Assembly: GCF_006345805.1 (NCBI RefSeq)
Contig: NC_042998.1
Location: forward strand, 181,598,001-181,662,000
Direction of reading: 5' to 3'
Origin: Octopus sinensis
Lineage: Eukaryota
Length of the DNA stretch: 64,000 nt
Positions within the stretch are counted from its first letter, which is position 1. Each line of letters starts with the position of its first letter. Position numbers and translations under genes: made by a program. Below are positions 12,925-25,673 of this stretch, piece after piece. A model generated the notes under the pieces. That model had not been told where the DNA came from, did no database searches, and saw only the letters and a list, made by a program, of their open reading frames with translations.

Positions 12925-13721
12925 ATATACACATGTGTGTGTGTGTGTGTATGTTTGTGTATGGGCTACATACTTTGTATGTAACCCTTAAAACAGTTTT
13001 TGTGCATTTACAGAGAATACCGAACTGTCTTACACAGGATCTTGTTTTTAGGAATTCCTAATAAGTTATGAATACCCAAATTGTGAAGTCAGTTATGTAA
13101 TAACATGAAATTAGTTACCCGATAGTAAGAATTCAAATAAAGTAGCCCCAAAAAGGGCTTTAATGCACACCCAGAGTATATAGAACTTAGGAGGAAATAC
13201 TAATAAGGCATGTATACTAAAATCGTTAAGCATGTTACGTAATAACAGGCTAATCAGATATGAGATAATAACAATTCAAAGTAAATAACTCTGAATAGGT
13301 CATTTGTGCGTTCCCAGAGAATATTACCCTCAGCGGGTAATATTCGTAAATAAGTCACTAACCAAAATAAGTGGACCTATTGTTTAGGAAAATACTATTT
13401 ACTTGTTTAAGGGTTGTACTGGATAAATTGCGAAAATAACTCTAACAGTTCAAATATTAAGAAATAAGCATACTCAATTTGATTTATACCAAATGATTTA
13501 GGAAAATGAATGGGTTATTTCCCTTGGCTGTTAAAATGAAATATATTAGATATATATAAGGATCCTTTCCAGGGGCCCTATTATCAATTTTTTCAACAAT
13601 ATGAGTATGCCATGAGGTTTCCAGACATGAGTTCTACTCACGTGTCAAATTTCATCAAAATTGATAAAACGATGTAGGAGGAGATAGCTAACAACTCCAC
13701 AAGCACAAGTAGATACATATT

Positions 13722-13850
<129 letters not shown>

Positions 13851-13994
13851 ATATATATAAACCACTATCATCATCATCATCATTTTAATCATTTTCCCAT
13901 GGAAGCATGAGTCATGATGACCTGTCAAACCCATGGTAGCATAGAAAATAGATATAATATGATGATGATGATATATATATTCCTTTGTTGTTTT

Positions 13995-14384
13995 GTTTGT
14001 TTCAGTTATTTGACTGTGGCCATGCTGGAGCACCGCCTTTAGTTGTACAAATCGATCCCATGACTTATTCTTTGTAAGCCTAGTGCTTATTCTATCGGTC
14101 TCTTTTGCCAAACCGCTAAGTTATGGGCACGTAAACACACCACTATCAGTTGTCAAGCGATGTGGGGGGGATAAACACAGACACATACATACATACATAA
14201 TACATACATACATACATACATACATATACACATACATACATTTCCCTCTACCAAATCCACTCACAAGACTTTAGTCAGCCGAAGCCTATAGTACAAGACA
14301 CTTGCCAAGTGCCATGCAGTGGGACTGAACCCAGAACCATGTGGTTGGTAAGCAAGCTTCTTACCACACAGCCACTCCTGCACC
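13995..14384 (-). mobile_element. SINE family A
   Basis: Reverse complement of the family A head (ttaccacacagccactcctgcacc) and tail, with an internal (CATA)n tract. Confidence 0.85.
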
Positions 14385-14784
14385 TATATATATATATATA
14401 TATAATTGTATGTATATACATGTGTGTAAACAATATGTGTCTAATCATCATTATCATCATCATCATCATCATTATTTAACATTTATGTTCCATGCTGGTA
14501 TGGGTTGGCTGGTTTGATAGGATTCAACAGGCACATGCTCCAGTATGGCCATATACTCTTCCTAATGTTAATCCCTTTTAAACATGTACTAGCTGCTCTG
14601 TTCATAACATCAGCACTAGTGAGGTCACAATGCAGCTTGCAAGGCTAAGATCCCATTCGATTGAATGGGGCTACAGTAGAGAGGGAGATGGCTTTAAACT
14701 AGGAGATGAGGGGGTTAAAGTGTGAGAGAAAAGAGCAGAAAAGTACAGGTCTTTTGTTGTGGAAAAGCTACAGGAAAAGCTATA

Positions 14785-15150
14785 GGCACAGGAGTGGCTG
14801 TGTGGTAAGTAGCTTGCTAACCAACCACATGGTTCCAGGTTCAGTCCCACTGTATGGCATCTTGGGCAAGTGTCTTCTGCTATAGCCCCGGGCCAACCAA
14901 TGCCTTGTGAGTGGATTTGGTAGACGGAAACTGAAAGAAGCCTGTCGTATATATGTATATGTATATATGTATGTGTTTGTCTCCCCAACATCGCTTGACA
15001 ACCGATGCCGGTGTGTTTAGTGGTTCGGCAAAAGAAACCAATAGAATAAGTACTGGGCTTACAAAGAATAAGTCCTGGGGTCAATTTGCTCGACTAAAGG
15101 TGGTGCTCCAGCATGGCCGCAGTCAAATGACTGAAACAAGCAAAAGAGCA
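14785..15150 (+). mobile_element. SINE family A
   Basis: Family A head and tail are both present. Confidence 0.85.
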
Positions 15151-15786
15151 AAGAGGGCTACTCATAAAAGAGAGGGTAGAAGAAGCTGAGGTGAAGCTGC
15201 AAAAAGATAAAAACAGTGGTAATGTGAAGTCAGAGTGGACCCTCAAGATACAAGTGAAGTGAGTGGGAATAGGGGAACAAGAAGTGTGGGTGAGTATAGG
15301 CTACAAGAATGTATGGGAGAGTGGGAGTTCGTTAAAGATAAGGAATGGGTAAGAGGGTGAACATGAGGAAGAACAAGTGTTGAGGGATGATAAATAGAGA
15401 AGTGGAAGAGTAGGTGACAATTATAGAGATTTGGTTGGTCGGAGAGGTGATTAGTAATTACATATGAATTGAGGGGATGTAGGGGCAGGATATGACTGAC
15501 AGTGCAGAAAGGAGTCAACAACAGAATGATAAGAGAAGCTGGGAGAAAGAGAGAGAGAGAGAGATTATGATGTGTGATTGCGTAGGCAGATTTAGTGTGA
15601 AAGAGGAGAGAGTTACTCATAAGAGGGTGAAGAAGAGATAATTTGGTGGCTCAGAAAGAGGGGCAATGTGAAATGTGAGTGGAAGGGACAGTATTAAGAA
15701 TGAAGGATAGATACCAGGTAGTGAGAAAGATAAGTGGTATTATGAAGAAGCTGGTGAAATAAGCAGTTCTCTTCACATTTAATGTA

Positions 15787-16345
15787 TTGGGTTGTCCGGA
15801 AAGTTCATGCCGATTTATAGTAGCTTATCTTTCAACTTATTTTAGAACATGGTTGAGTCCATAAAATAGGATTTGACTACACCTCCATTTAGAGCGCAAG
15901 TTTAAGCTATCTTTTTGTGAAAGGTTTCCTACAACCTGTGTTAATTCTGTAACCCTTTAAAATGGAAGATAAGAAAGTTCATTTTCAGCACTTGATGCTT
16001 TGGGAACCAGACAAAAATTGCTGCAGCTCGGCTGGGATGTGTTAACCCACCCTCCATATTCACTAGATATTGCTCCTTCAGATTTCCACTTATTCAGGTC
16101 TCAGCAGAATGGCCTTAATGGTAAAAATTTCAATTCCTTGGATGATGTAAAAAGATACCTTGATGAATTCTTTGCCATGAAACCACCTCAATTCTGGGAA
16201 GAGAGTATTTTCAAGTTAAAGGAAAGATGGAGATGCATTGTGCAACAAAATGGTTTATATTTGGTTGATTAAAAATGTAATGGCAAATATTTATTGACCT
16301 TTTTCTTTCCTTTAAAAATCAGCATGAACTTTCCGGACAACCCAA
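15787..16345 (+). mobile_element. Internally deleted mariner DNA transposon (559 bp) with intact TIRs and TA target duplication
   Basis: TA|ttgggttgtccggaaagttcatgccgattt ... aaaatcagcatgaactttccggacaacccaa|TA. The N-terminus MEDKKVHFQHLMLWE (15962-16006) is joined out of frame to the C-terminus LGWDVLTHPPYSLDIAPSDFHLFRS...KERWRCIVQQNGLY. Confidence 0.92.
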
Positions 16346-16498
16346 TACAACAGCAGAATACTGCATTGAGAGAGATAATGAGTGACAAGGATGACTTGAA
16401 GGGGAAATTGGACAAGAGAGTCCAGTTGTGCATATATACATACACATATATAGCTACTCCAAACATGAACAAAGAGAAAACACAACAACGCGAGGACG

Positions 16499-16640
16499 TG
16501 GAACAAGCATAGTGTTATTGGACGCTCAGGAAAGGAAAGAAAGAAGGAGGATTTAACGTTTCGAGCAGAGCTCTTCGTCAGAAACACAGAAAAGGGAAAG
16601 GTCCAAGGAAGGGAAGACATAGAAAGAAAATCACCATACA
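16499..16640 (-). mobile_element. Short non-coding repeat (family E) carrying a minimal hammerhead motif at 16551-16585
   Basis: Minus strand reads GTTT-CTGACGA-A-GAGC-TCT-GCTC-GAAAC-GTT-AAAT. Homologous to 25674-25812. Confidence 0.75.
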
Positions 16641-17441
16641 CATATACATATATATGTATGGTATGCGTAGGCGACTGCGAGTCTTCCATAAACAACCTTG
16701 CCCAGATTTGTGCCTCGGAGGTAATCTTCTAGGTGTAATCCCATGGTCATTCATGACTGAAGGGGGTCACAACACAACAAATATATGCCTGTATATGTGT
16801 AGTGGTGGGGAACACAGGCGTGAATGTAGACAAAAATATATTTGTATTTTGCCAAATCAACATATGATGTCACTGCACCCCTGCATTCTCAACACCTACC
16901 CTTTGTCTCCCACTTTTGCTCATCTCCCCATCACTTCATCTCTAATTACTTGTACCCTACACCTCATTTCCCCACCGTCTTTCTCTATCTGCATTAATTC
17001 CACCATTCTTGTCATTCAACCTCTATTACCATTCACTACGTCTATGTATTAGAGACTGTATACCACTGACCTCATTCCCCACTGAGCTACATTATAAACA
17101 TCTTTTAGCAAACTATCTGTTAATAAACTGATCTTTGGACTTCTAGACAAGCAAAGATCAAATGTTATTAGTCCAACCTTCCCCAAATAAATTTCAATGA
17201 AGAAAGGGTATTCAATTACAGTGGAGTAGTTTAGTTCTAGCTTCTACACATACCTAAAAACATCATTACACACTTCTTCATATACTTTACACCCAATCTA
17301 CTTTGAGGCACCAGCTAACTTTAACAGAACTCTATATAAACTCCAGAGTTTTCCCCTGTCTCCACAGTTGTGAACAACCTATCTACGGCTGAAATTCAGA
17401 ATAGCCTGTATACTTGGATACATATGTATGTATGTATGAGT

Positions 17442-17822
17442 GGAGGTGCAATGGCCCAGTGGTTAGGGCAGTGGACTTGCGGTCGTAGGATCACAGTTTC
17501 GATTCCCAGACTGGGCATTGTGAGTGTTTATTGAGCAAAAGCACCGAAAGCTCTATGAGACTCCAGCAGGGGATGGTAGTGAACCCTGCTGTACTCTTTC
17601 ACCACAACTTTCTCTCACTCTTTCTTCCTGTTTCTGTTGTACCTATATTTCAAAAGGCCAGCTTTGTCACACTCTGTGTCATGCTGGATCTCCCTGAGAA
17701 CTATGTTAAGGGTACATGTGTCTGTAGAGTGTTCAGCCACTTGCACGTTAATTTCATGAGCAGGCTGTCCTGTTGATTGGATCAACTAGAACCCTTGTCA
17801 TCATAACCGATGGTGTACCACT
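17442..17822 (+). mobile_element. SINE family B followed by an (ATGT)n/(CATA)n microsatellite to ~18080
   Basis: Head ggaggtgcaatggcccagtggttaggg...tttcgattccc, colinear with the copy at 58574. Confidence 0.85.
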
Positions 17823-18282
17823 TTTTATGTATGTATGTATGTATGTATGTATGTATGCATCAAAGTACCTATGTATGCCTGTCCATCTGTCAGTTTGTAC
17901 ATCCGTCCATCTATCTTTCCATATGTATGTACTTCTATATGTCCATACATACACATGTACACACACAAGCACACACACAGGCACATACACACACATGCAT
18001 GAATACATACATACATACATACATACATACATACATACTTACTTACACATGTATGCATGCACACGCGCACACATACATACATACTTTGAAGGGAGGTGCA
18101 CTTGTAAAGCAAATGATTTGATCTGAGACAGTGTGTTGAAACTAAAATAAGATTGAGGAGTGGAAACACACAAAGACTGTTAACTTAACTTAAACTTTTA
18201 TCACTTGACATGATTCATGTTAGCGATCGGGTTGCAATTTGTGCAATGAACCTTTTGACACCAATACTACACAGTATTTCGC

Positions 18283-18450
18283 CTGCTGTTACTTTCTGAT
18301 TTCAAATTCCGCCGAGGTCAACTTTGCCTTTCGTCCATTCGGGGTCGATAAATTAAGTACCAGTTATGCACTGGTGTCGATGTAATCGACTTAATCCCTT
18401 TGTCTGTCCTTGTTTGTCCCCTCTTTGTTTAGCCCCTTGTAGACAATAAA
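18283..18450 (+). mobile_element. SINE family C, 5'-truncated
   Basis: ttcaaattccgccgaggtcaactttgcctttcgtccattcggggtcgataaattaagtaccag, with tail tttgtctgtccttgtttgtcccc. Confidence 0.8.
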
Positions 18451-19084
18451 AAATTAAGAAAGTTTATATTGCTGTTACACCCTCCATTCCTAATATTGTA
18501 TTACTCTTACATTATTGTGATATTGATATTGCATGCATGTATCAATAACTCTTAGTTTTATGATGAAAATCATCATTATTATTGACTTTTCTACATATAT
18601 TCCTATTATTATCACCTTTACATCTCCTATCCTAAATTTAGTTTTTCCAATTCCTCTTTTAAAGCTGTTAACCTTTATTGATTTTTTTCTATAATTTCAC
18701 CACTTTATCAACTTATTCAGCAATTTCACCAATTTATTACTTTATTAAATCACTAATTCACTAAATTAGAAATCCTTTACACCCATTTTACTCTTTTTTC
18801 CAAAAATATCACACATTTACTTATTCCCTGTGACCTACTTGCACTATTTTACTCAATTTGAATATTATCATCGCAGTCTTGACTTCAGAACTGTCCTCCA
18901 CAACCACTTGCTTGCAGGACAAACAAATATCAATTTAGAACTATTTCTACCACCTTTAGAATTAAATTTATATTTTAGACTCTAAACTTTATCATTAAAG
19001 TTAAGCCCACTAATTATTAATTATTTTATTTATTTATTTTTGTAATTGTTTTGCAAGATTTTTGACATAATATTGTGTTTGAAA

Positions 19085-19317
19085 CAGACGTTTTATTTTG
19101 GGAAGATCACTGCATCCTTCAAAACTTCCATGCTTCCTGAGATTCGCCAACACTACACTTGATTTTCTCCCCTCCATACACACACAAGCATGTCTCTGAC
19201 TCATACATTGTTCGCTTTCCAGACATTTCTACATTACTGCATGTACTTTATATGCACTTTCTGACAAGTTGTGGTGCACCTGAGCACTGTATACAATAAT
19301 TTCATTATCATTATTAT
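19085..19317 (+). mobile_element. Retroposon 3' end with an (ATT)n-like tail
   Basis: 19200-19317 is nearly identical to 22380-22497 (ctcatacattgttcgctttccagacatttc...gcactgtatacaataatttcattatcattattat). Confidence 0.6.
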
Positions 19318-19526
19318 ATTTAAAAACTGCCATTAAGAAACATCCCTTTTAACTTTTCCTTCTCTTCCCATTTTCCATTTCCATCCTTTCTCCATTTTCC
19401 ACCTCATTATTTCTCTCCTTTCTGTTCTTTATTTACGCTGTTTATTTGTTAAAACAGTTATCTCTTCTATCATCACATTCTGAGTATTGTTATTATTACT
19501 TATGAAAGAAGACAAGAGTAGCAAGG

Positions 19527-19595
19527 ATGAATTTTATGAAACAGGAGCCTGGAAAAATCAGTTTTGCTCAATGGACCCACATTAGCTATGCAGCT
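19527..19595 (+). CDS. Candidate coding exon (MNFMKQEPGKISFAQWTHISYAA), product unknown
   Basis: Open frame ending in phase 0 at a strong donor GCT|gtaagt, phase-compatible with 24258-24332. The acceptor and start codon are uncertain. Confidence 0.3.
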
Positions 19596-20070
19596 GTAAG
19601 TTTCTGATAAGAATTGGGAGAAGGCACTGGCCTTTGGTATGTCAGGGCAATCCTTGGTTGTGTTAGGGAAAACTGTGAATCACCATATGTAGTTGTTATT
19701 TTAGGAATCTTTTTCTTTTCTTAGTTCGTTCATCATCATCATCTTCATTTAACATCTATTTTCCATGCTGGCATGGGTTGGACGGTTTGACTGAAAACTG
19801 GTAAGCAAGGGAGCTGCACCAGGCTCCAGTCTGATTTGCCATGGCTTCTATGGCTGGATGCCATCCTAATGCCAACTATTCCAAGAGTGTAGTGGATGGT
19901 GTTTTTATTATTATTGTCAATCTTCTCCTATTACTCAATGTAAATCATCCACTTTATTATTTATTATTTTCCTATGCAGTTTGGCATTGCATAATACTCT
20001 ATATCTTGGACACTTGTTGCTAATAAAAAGAAATAAAATATAATAATAATAGTAATAATAATAATAATCC

Positions 20071-21129
20071 TGTAGCATTGGTGGAATGCATCCGCGCTCT
20101 CTTAGATATGCAGTACAAATAATGTCGTAGCAGATAACAGTTAACTTTTGGTCGCTATTTGGACCCTGTTGTGACCACCACTCTGATTGGTTGGTATTGC
20201 CACAATTTGTCCCTTACTCTGTCATGCCAATATGCAACCTAACCAATCCGAGTCCCAAAATAAGACCATGTGAGACAGCTTGTTCACAATCCAATTTGAG
20301 CTTACCTTTTGCTTTAAAAGGCTTCAGTAATTCACTATAGGTCCTCAACTATTGACCCCAACCAGACCAGCCAGTTCCTGTGACTCAGCTATGTTCCTGC
20401 GATGACACCAACACCAACAGGCAGCAACTCAGGATTTTTCTTCACCGTCGCCATCACCTTTGTCGACTTCACTTTGATGCCATCATTACCACCGTCGCCT
20501 TAGCTTATCGACATTACCAACATGTCTACTTACACACCAACACCAACATCGTTCCAGGTTTAACTTCACTCTGTTGTGAATATTCACCAGGGTTAACAGC
20601 TCAGCTTTACCTGCAAGATCTTCTGTACCAAAGCAACCTAGCAATGGATTAAAGCCACAAACTCTACATGTGTAGTAACCGCTCTCCACTTTGCCACCAA
20701 CTTCATTGATACAGAACTTACTGCTATGGTGTGACTTACACTGAACTGGTATTTATCAACATCCTGTCTGAACATTCATTTGTATCCTGAGAGATTCATT
20801 TTCTATTTGTTCTCTATTGTTCTTCTTTGTTCTGTACACACTCACGAACACACAGACACACACTTATGTTGCACGCACTCATACACGCTCTTATTACACG
20901 TACACATTTGTCGCACGCTCTCAGACACACTCTGCTAGCACACACACGTTCTTATCATGTACACATTCTGTAAATAAAGTCTTCTTCTCTCTCAAACAGT
21001 AGACAGTTGTGTTCATCTTGCTTTATTCCTTTTGGCACTTATTTTGGCTTCTTCTTTGTAAGGCAACCGTGCGGCGTTTAAAAGGAGACATTTCTGTCAC
21101 CATCCCCTTTACATACAGTCGTCTCTACA
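20071..21129 (+). mobile_element. Solo LTR (1059 bp) inserted into a SINE C tail
   Basis: Termini TGTAG...CTACA, 4-bp flanks atcc/atac (one mismatch) and AATAAA at ~20973. Removing it restores aataatcc-tttctact, the normal reverse-strand SINE C end. Confidence 0.7.
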
Positions 21130-21133
21130 ATAC

Positions 21134-21325
21134 TTTCTACTGGAGGCACTAGGCTTTGAATTTGTGGGGAGGGAACTAATCGATTACATCAACCCCAGTG
21201 TTTCACTGGTACTTAATTTATTGACCCCAAAAGGATGAAAGGCAAAATCAACCCCAGCAGATATTGAACTCAGAATGCAGTTGCAGACAAAATACCACAA
21301 AGCATTTCACCCAGCATTTCACCTA
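21134..21325 (-). mobile_element. SINE family C (aaggattatt-tail subtype)
   Basis: atcgattacatcaaccccagtg...ggtacttaatttattgaccccaaaaggatgaaaggcaaa is the reverse complement of the family C core. Confidence 0.8.
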
Positions 21326-22258
21326 TCCGGACGGACAGATAGACAGACGGGTGTGTGTGTGTGTGTGTGTATGTGTGTGTTTGTTCCTCACCACTTCTGG
21401 ACAACTGGTGTAGGTTTGCTTACATCTCCATAACCTAGCAGTTCAGCAGCAGAGAACGACAGATTAAGTACCAGGCTTAAAATGATAAGTACTGAGATCG
21501 ATTCGTTTGACTAGAAAACCCTTCAAGGGCGATGCCCCAGTATGGTAAGGTAAAAGATAAATATGTGAAGAGCTTATGATTTGATGTGCAATTTAATATA
21601 GAGAATAAGAGAAGAAAAATAATTAACTAAAGGAAAGTATTAAAGAGAATAGTCACATTGGTGGGAGTCCAGTTTTAAAATCTGGAAATAATTTAAAACT
21701 ATGGAAATACGAATCTAAAAGGAAAGGAAGAAATGGGTATCAGTTTAAGAAATTGATTAGGTATAATCGTTGAGTCTTAATATAGATGACCATGCAGTTG
21801 GTAATGGAAATTAGGTGAAAATAATAAGTGGTTAGAATTAATTATAATTTAAGTTAAATTCTGGTGTAGGGAACTGAAGTTTACTCAAGGAAGCAGATAG
21901 TTGGTCCATATGGGTGTACACTGGTATTAAGGGGAAGTACTGTGGTAAAAAGAGAGCTATACTAAGTAAATGTACAATAAGGTCTCACGTATGTAATATG
22001 ACCTGAAAAGCTTGAATTAGCTGAGAGTGTCCTTACAATTATAAGCAAAATAATTCCCTCTAAATTGTGTTTAGAAATCTATAAACACGCAAGGGAGATA
22101 ACTCCAAAAATTTTAACGTCCAAATTTTAGAGGGTAATATAAACAATATATTTAAGAATTGATTTCATTCTTAAAGCCAATTGTTAACAAGTAATGGACA
22201 TGTTTCTATCTTTTAAGGTTTCATCAGTAAAGTATATCCATTTTAGTTGGTTAGACTT

Positions 22259-22670
22259 AGTGTTTAAGTTTTCTTCCTTATTAGTTTATGATTGTGTATA
22301 AAATATATTAACTTAACTGAGAAAAAGCTGAAAGTTTGCAGAAAACATATTCTCATTGGGTATTTTTCCTATATTGATACTCATACATTGTTCGCTTTCC
22401 AGACATTTCTACGTTACTGCATGTACTTTATATGCACTTTCTGGCAAGTTGTGGTGCACCTGAGCACTGTATACAATAATTTCATTATCATTATTATCAA
22501 AGTATACAAAATAGAAGAGAAATAGTGATGCTGATAATGAATATCAATATAGGAAAAATACTGTTATCTACCCAATTAGAATATGTTTCCTGCACACTTT
22601 CAGCTTTCTCAATCAAGTTAATATATTTTGTACATAATCATAAACTAATAACAAAGAAAACTTAAACACT
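22259..22670. repeat. Foldback structure with ~120-bp inverted arms enclosing a retroposon tail
   Basis: 22259-22379 is the reverse complement of 22542-22670, apart from scattered substitutions and a ~10-nt insertion. Confidence 0.8.
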
Positions 22671-22756
22671 GTGATTTGAAATGCTTTGTACAGCATCATG
22701 CTTCAATGATGAGAGATGAAGTCTGTTCACAGCAATCCACATAACAAATTTAATAT

Positions 22757-22988
22757 TTATTTCTTTACTACCCACAAGGGGCTAAACACAGAGGGGACAA
22801 ACAAGGACTGACAAAGGGATGAAGTCGATTATATCGACCCCAGTGCGTAATTGGTACATAATTTATCGACCCCGAGAGGATGAAAGGCAAAGTCGACCTC
22901 GGCGGAATTTGAACTCGGAACGTAACGACAGACGAAATACAGCTACACATTTCACCCGGCGTGCTAAAGTTTCTGCCAGCTCGCTGCC
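22757..22988 (-). mobile_element. SINE family C, full length
   Basis: Reverse complement of head gagctggcagaaactttagcacgccgggtgaaatgtgtagc and of the family C core. Confidence 0.9.
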
Positions 22989-24257
22989 TTGCCAGCTCAC
23001 CTAGTGTTTGGACACTGTATACACGATGTGAAAATTTCTCTTCCAATACTAAACCAGTTAGTATGAAGTTTTCTATCCATACCAAATCATATTTTGACTC
23101 AATACTTTTCCATAGTAGCCCCCATTAAAATGCAATTGAAACTTTTGCTGCATATGAGTAAACAAGTCAACACTTAAAAAAATATCCTGATCACAATAAG
23201 TATGATGTCACACATTCCATTCTTCATAACTATTGAAATGATGTCATATAGATGCTCAACACAAATGAACATCTCTGTTAGTCAAATTATCTCCATTTTA
23301 AAAACCATCAGGTTAATTCTGTAAATGACCCTCTATGTGTGTTTGTGTGTGTTTAGAGTAGTTAACACTGCAATTCTTAAGCCCTTCACTGTAGAAATAT
23401 GACCAATGAGAATTCATCTTTTTCTTCACTTCATACACAGAAAAACAATGGAAACTTTTCTAATGTTTTTCACAGTGTGTTAACCAGTCATCAAAGGACA
23501 AGTAACTTTTTATCTCTTTGCCCATATGAAGAATATATAGCAAATATCTATTTAAATCAAACACAAACTAGAACTTAGATGTAATGGTTAAATTAATTTG
23601 TATACCAAGCTTGAATAAATAATTCATAAATATTTATGCTGCAGAGAGCTTGTATTACAACATCTGTGAATGTGGAGAATAAACGTTTATTTACATATAT
23701 TTAAAGTTATACAGAGTTAAGTATAAAAACTGTAGTTTAACTACTTTAAATTTTATTAGCGTTTTTAATATACACCATGTTGTGTATATATATATATATA
23801 TCATCATTATCATCATCATCATCGTTTAACGTCCGTTTTCCATGCTAGCACGGGTTGGACGGACCATAGAGCAGAACATTATATATATATATATATATAT
23901 AAAATGTACTGTTCCATGGTAGTAAGACCAACAAAAATAGTACTCCATCTGCTGAGAGATAAGTATTATTTAATAGACATAGTACATGTTTTTATGCTAC
24001 TATTAGTGTCTTGTGCTGGGAATATGCTAAATAATGAATTAGAACATCTCTACAGTCACTAGGCACAAACCACATAGCATTACAAACTAATATATATCTA
24101 TTTATATATACACACACATACATACAGCATGCACAAACATATATACACACACATGCATATGCACACACATATTCAGTAATGAATTAAAAGCATTACTAGT
24201 GTTGTAAACATTATCAACCATACATACTCAATGTGGTGTGTTTTGTTTGTTTGCCAG

Positions 24258-24332
24258 TTCCTTGCAGTAAGGCACCTGGAGGATGACTCTCTCATTGCAC
24301 TGGATGTTAAAACACCTGAATGTTATAGACAG
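24258..24332 (+). CDS. Candidate 75-nt phase 0-0 exon (FLAVRHLEDDSLIALDVKTPECYRQ), product unknown
   Basis: Acceptor ttttgtttgtttgccag|, donor CAG|gtaaga, open frame and protein-like composition. Confidence 0.45.
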
Positions 24333-24715
24333 GTAAGACAACTTGCTCCAGATCTCATTCAAGACTGATAGATATTGATATTTTACCATTTTTATGGCTT
24401 ATCAACATCACATACCTAAATCAAACCAGGAGTAAACTGAATCACCAGTCTATGACTACATGTAAATCATGTAAAAACTGTTTGCTAGTATGCCGCAATG
24501 ATACACACATAAGATTAAATTTAGTAACAAATTATAAGCAGTGCTAGTGTTGTAAACATTATTGACCACACATTTGTTTTCACTTGAAAGTGACAGTCAG
24601 GTGAGGCAACTTGCTCCATATTCTATTCAGGAGTGAAGGATACCAATATTTTGAGCTGGTGAACAAACAAAACACATACATTGTGTATGTGCAGTCAATA
24701 AAGTTTATATTAGTA

Positions 24716-25532
24716 TCATCATCATTGTTATCATCTTTTAACGTCCGCTTTCCATACTGGCATGGGTTGGACAGTTTGACTGAAGGCCGGTGAGCCAGAA
24801 GGCTGCACCAGCCTCCCATCTGATCTGGCAAAGTTTCTACAGCTGGATGCTCTTCCTAACGCCAACCACTCCGAGAGTGTAGTGGGTGCTTTCATGTGCC
24901 ACCGGCACGAGGGCCAATCAGGCGGTACTGGCATCAGTTATGCTCAAATGGTGCTTTTTATGTGCCAATCTGATAGCACTGGCAATTACCACACTCAAAT
25001 GGTGCTTTTTTTATGTGCCACCAGCATAGGAGCCAGTCAGCAGCCCTGGCAATGATCACACTCGAATGGTGCTTCTAACAGTCCACTGGCATGGGTGCCA
25101 ATCAGGCGGTACTGTCATTGGCCACAACAGCAATTTCACTTGCTTCAACAGGTCTTCACGAGCATAGTTAATTGTCCAATGATTGAAGGGTACTCTTAAA
25201 TTGGCTGGTTACACAGCACTGGCATAGGCCACCGTTATGGTCTCACTTGGCTTGCCGGGTCTTCTCAAGCACAAAATATCTCCAAAGGTCTCAGTCACTT
25301 GTCATTGCCTCGGTGAGGCCCAATGTTCAAAGGTCATGCTTCACCACCTCATCCCAGGTCTTCCTGAGTCTACATCTTCCACAGGTTCCCTCAATTGACA
25401 CTTTCCATTCAGTTGTCCTCATCCATTCACAACACATGACCATACCAGCACAGTCGTCTCTCTTGCACACCACATTTAATGCTTCTTAGGTCCAACTTTT
25501 CACCCAAGGTACTTACACTTTGTGCTTGACAT
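24716..25532 (-). mobile_element. RTE LINE 3' fragment (end of ORF plus 3' UTR)
   Basis: Colinear with 61418-62200 (cataccagcacagtcgtctctcttgcacacc; tandem gtgccacc repeats; cat tail). Confidence 0.85.
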
Positions 25533-25673
25533 TTTTATAGAGAACCCAGTCACTATTTGGTCCAAAAAAAGGTTCCTTCATAAGACAAGACAGTGAAGAA
25601 GAACACACATTCACTCTGTGCACATGGTTAGACATGGAATTTTTTTAAGGAACTCATTGACCCAATTTGCTGG

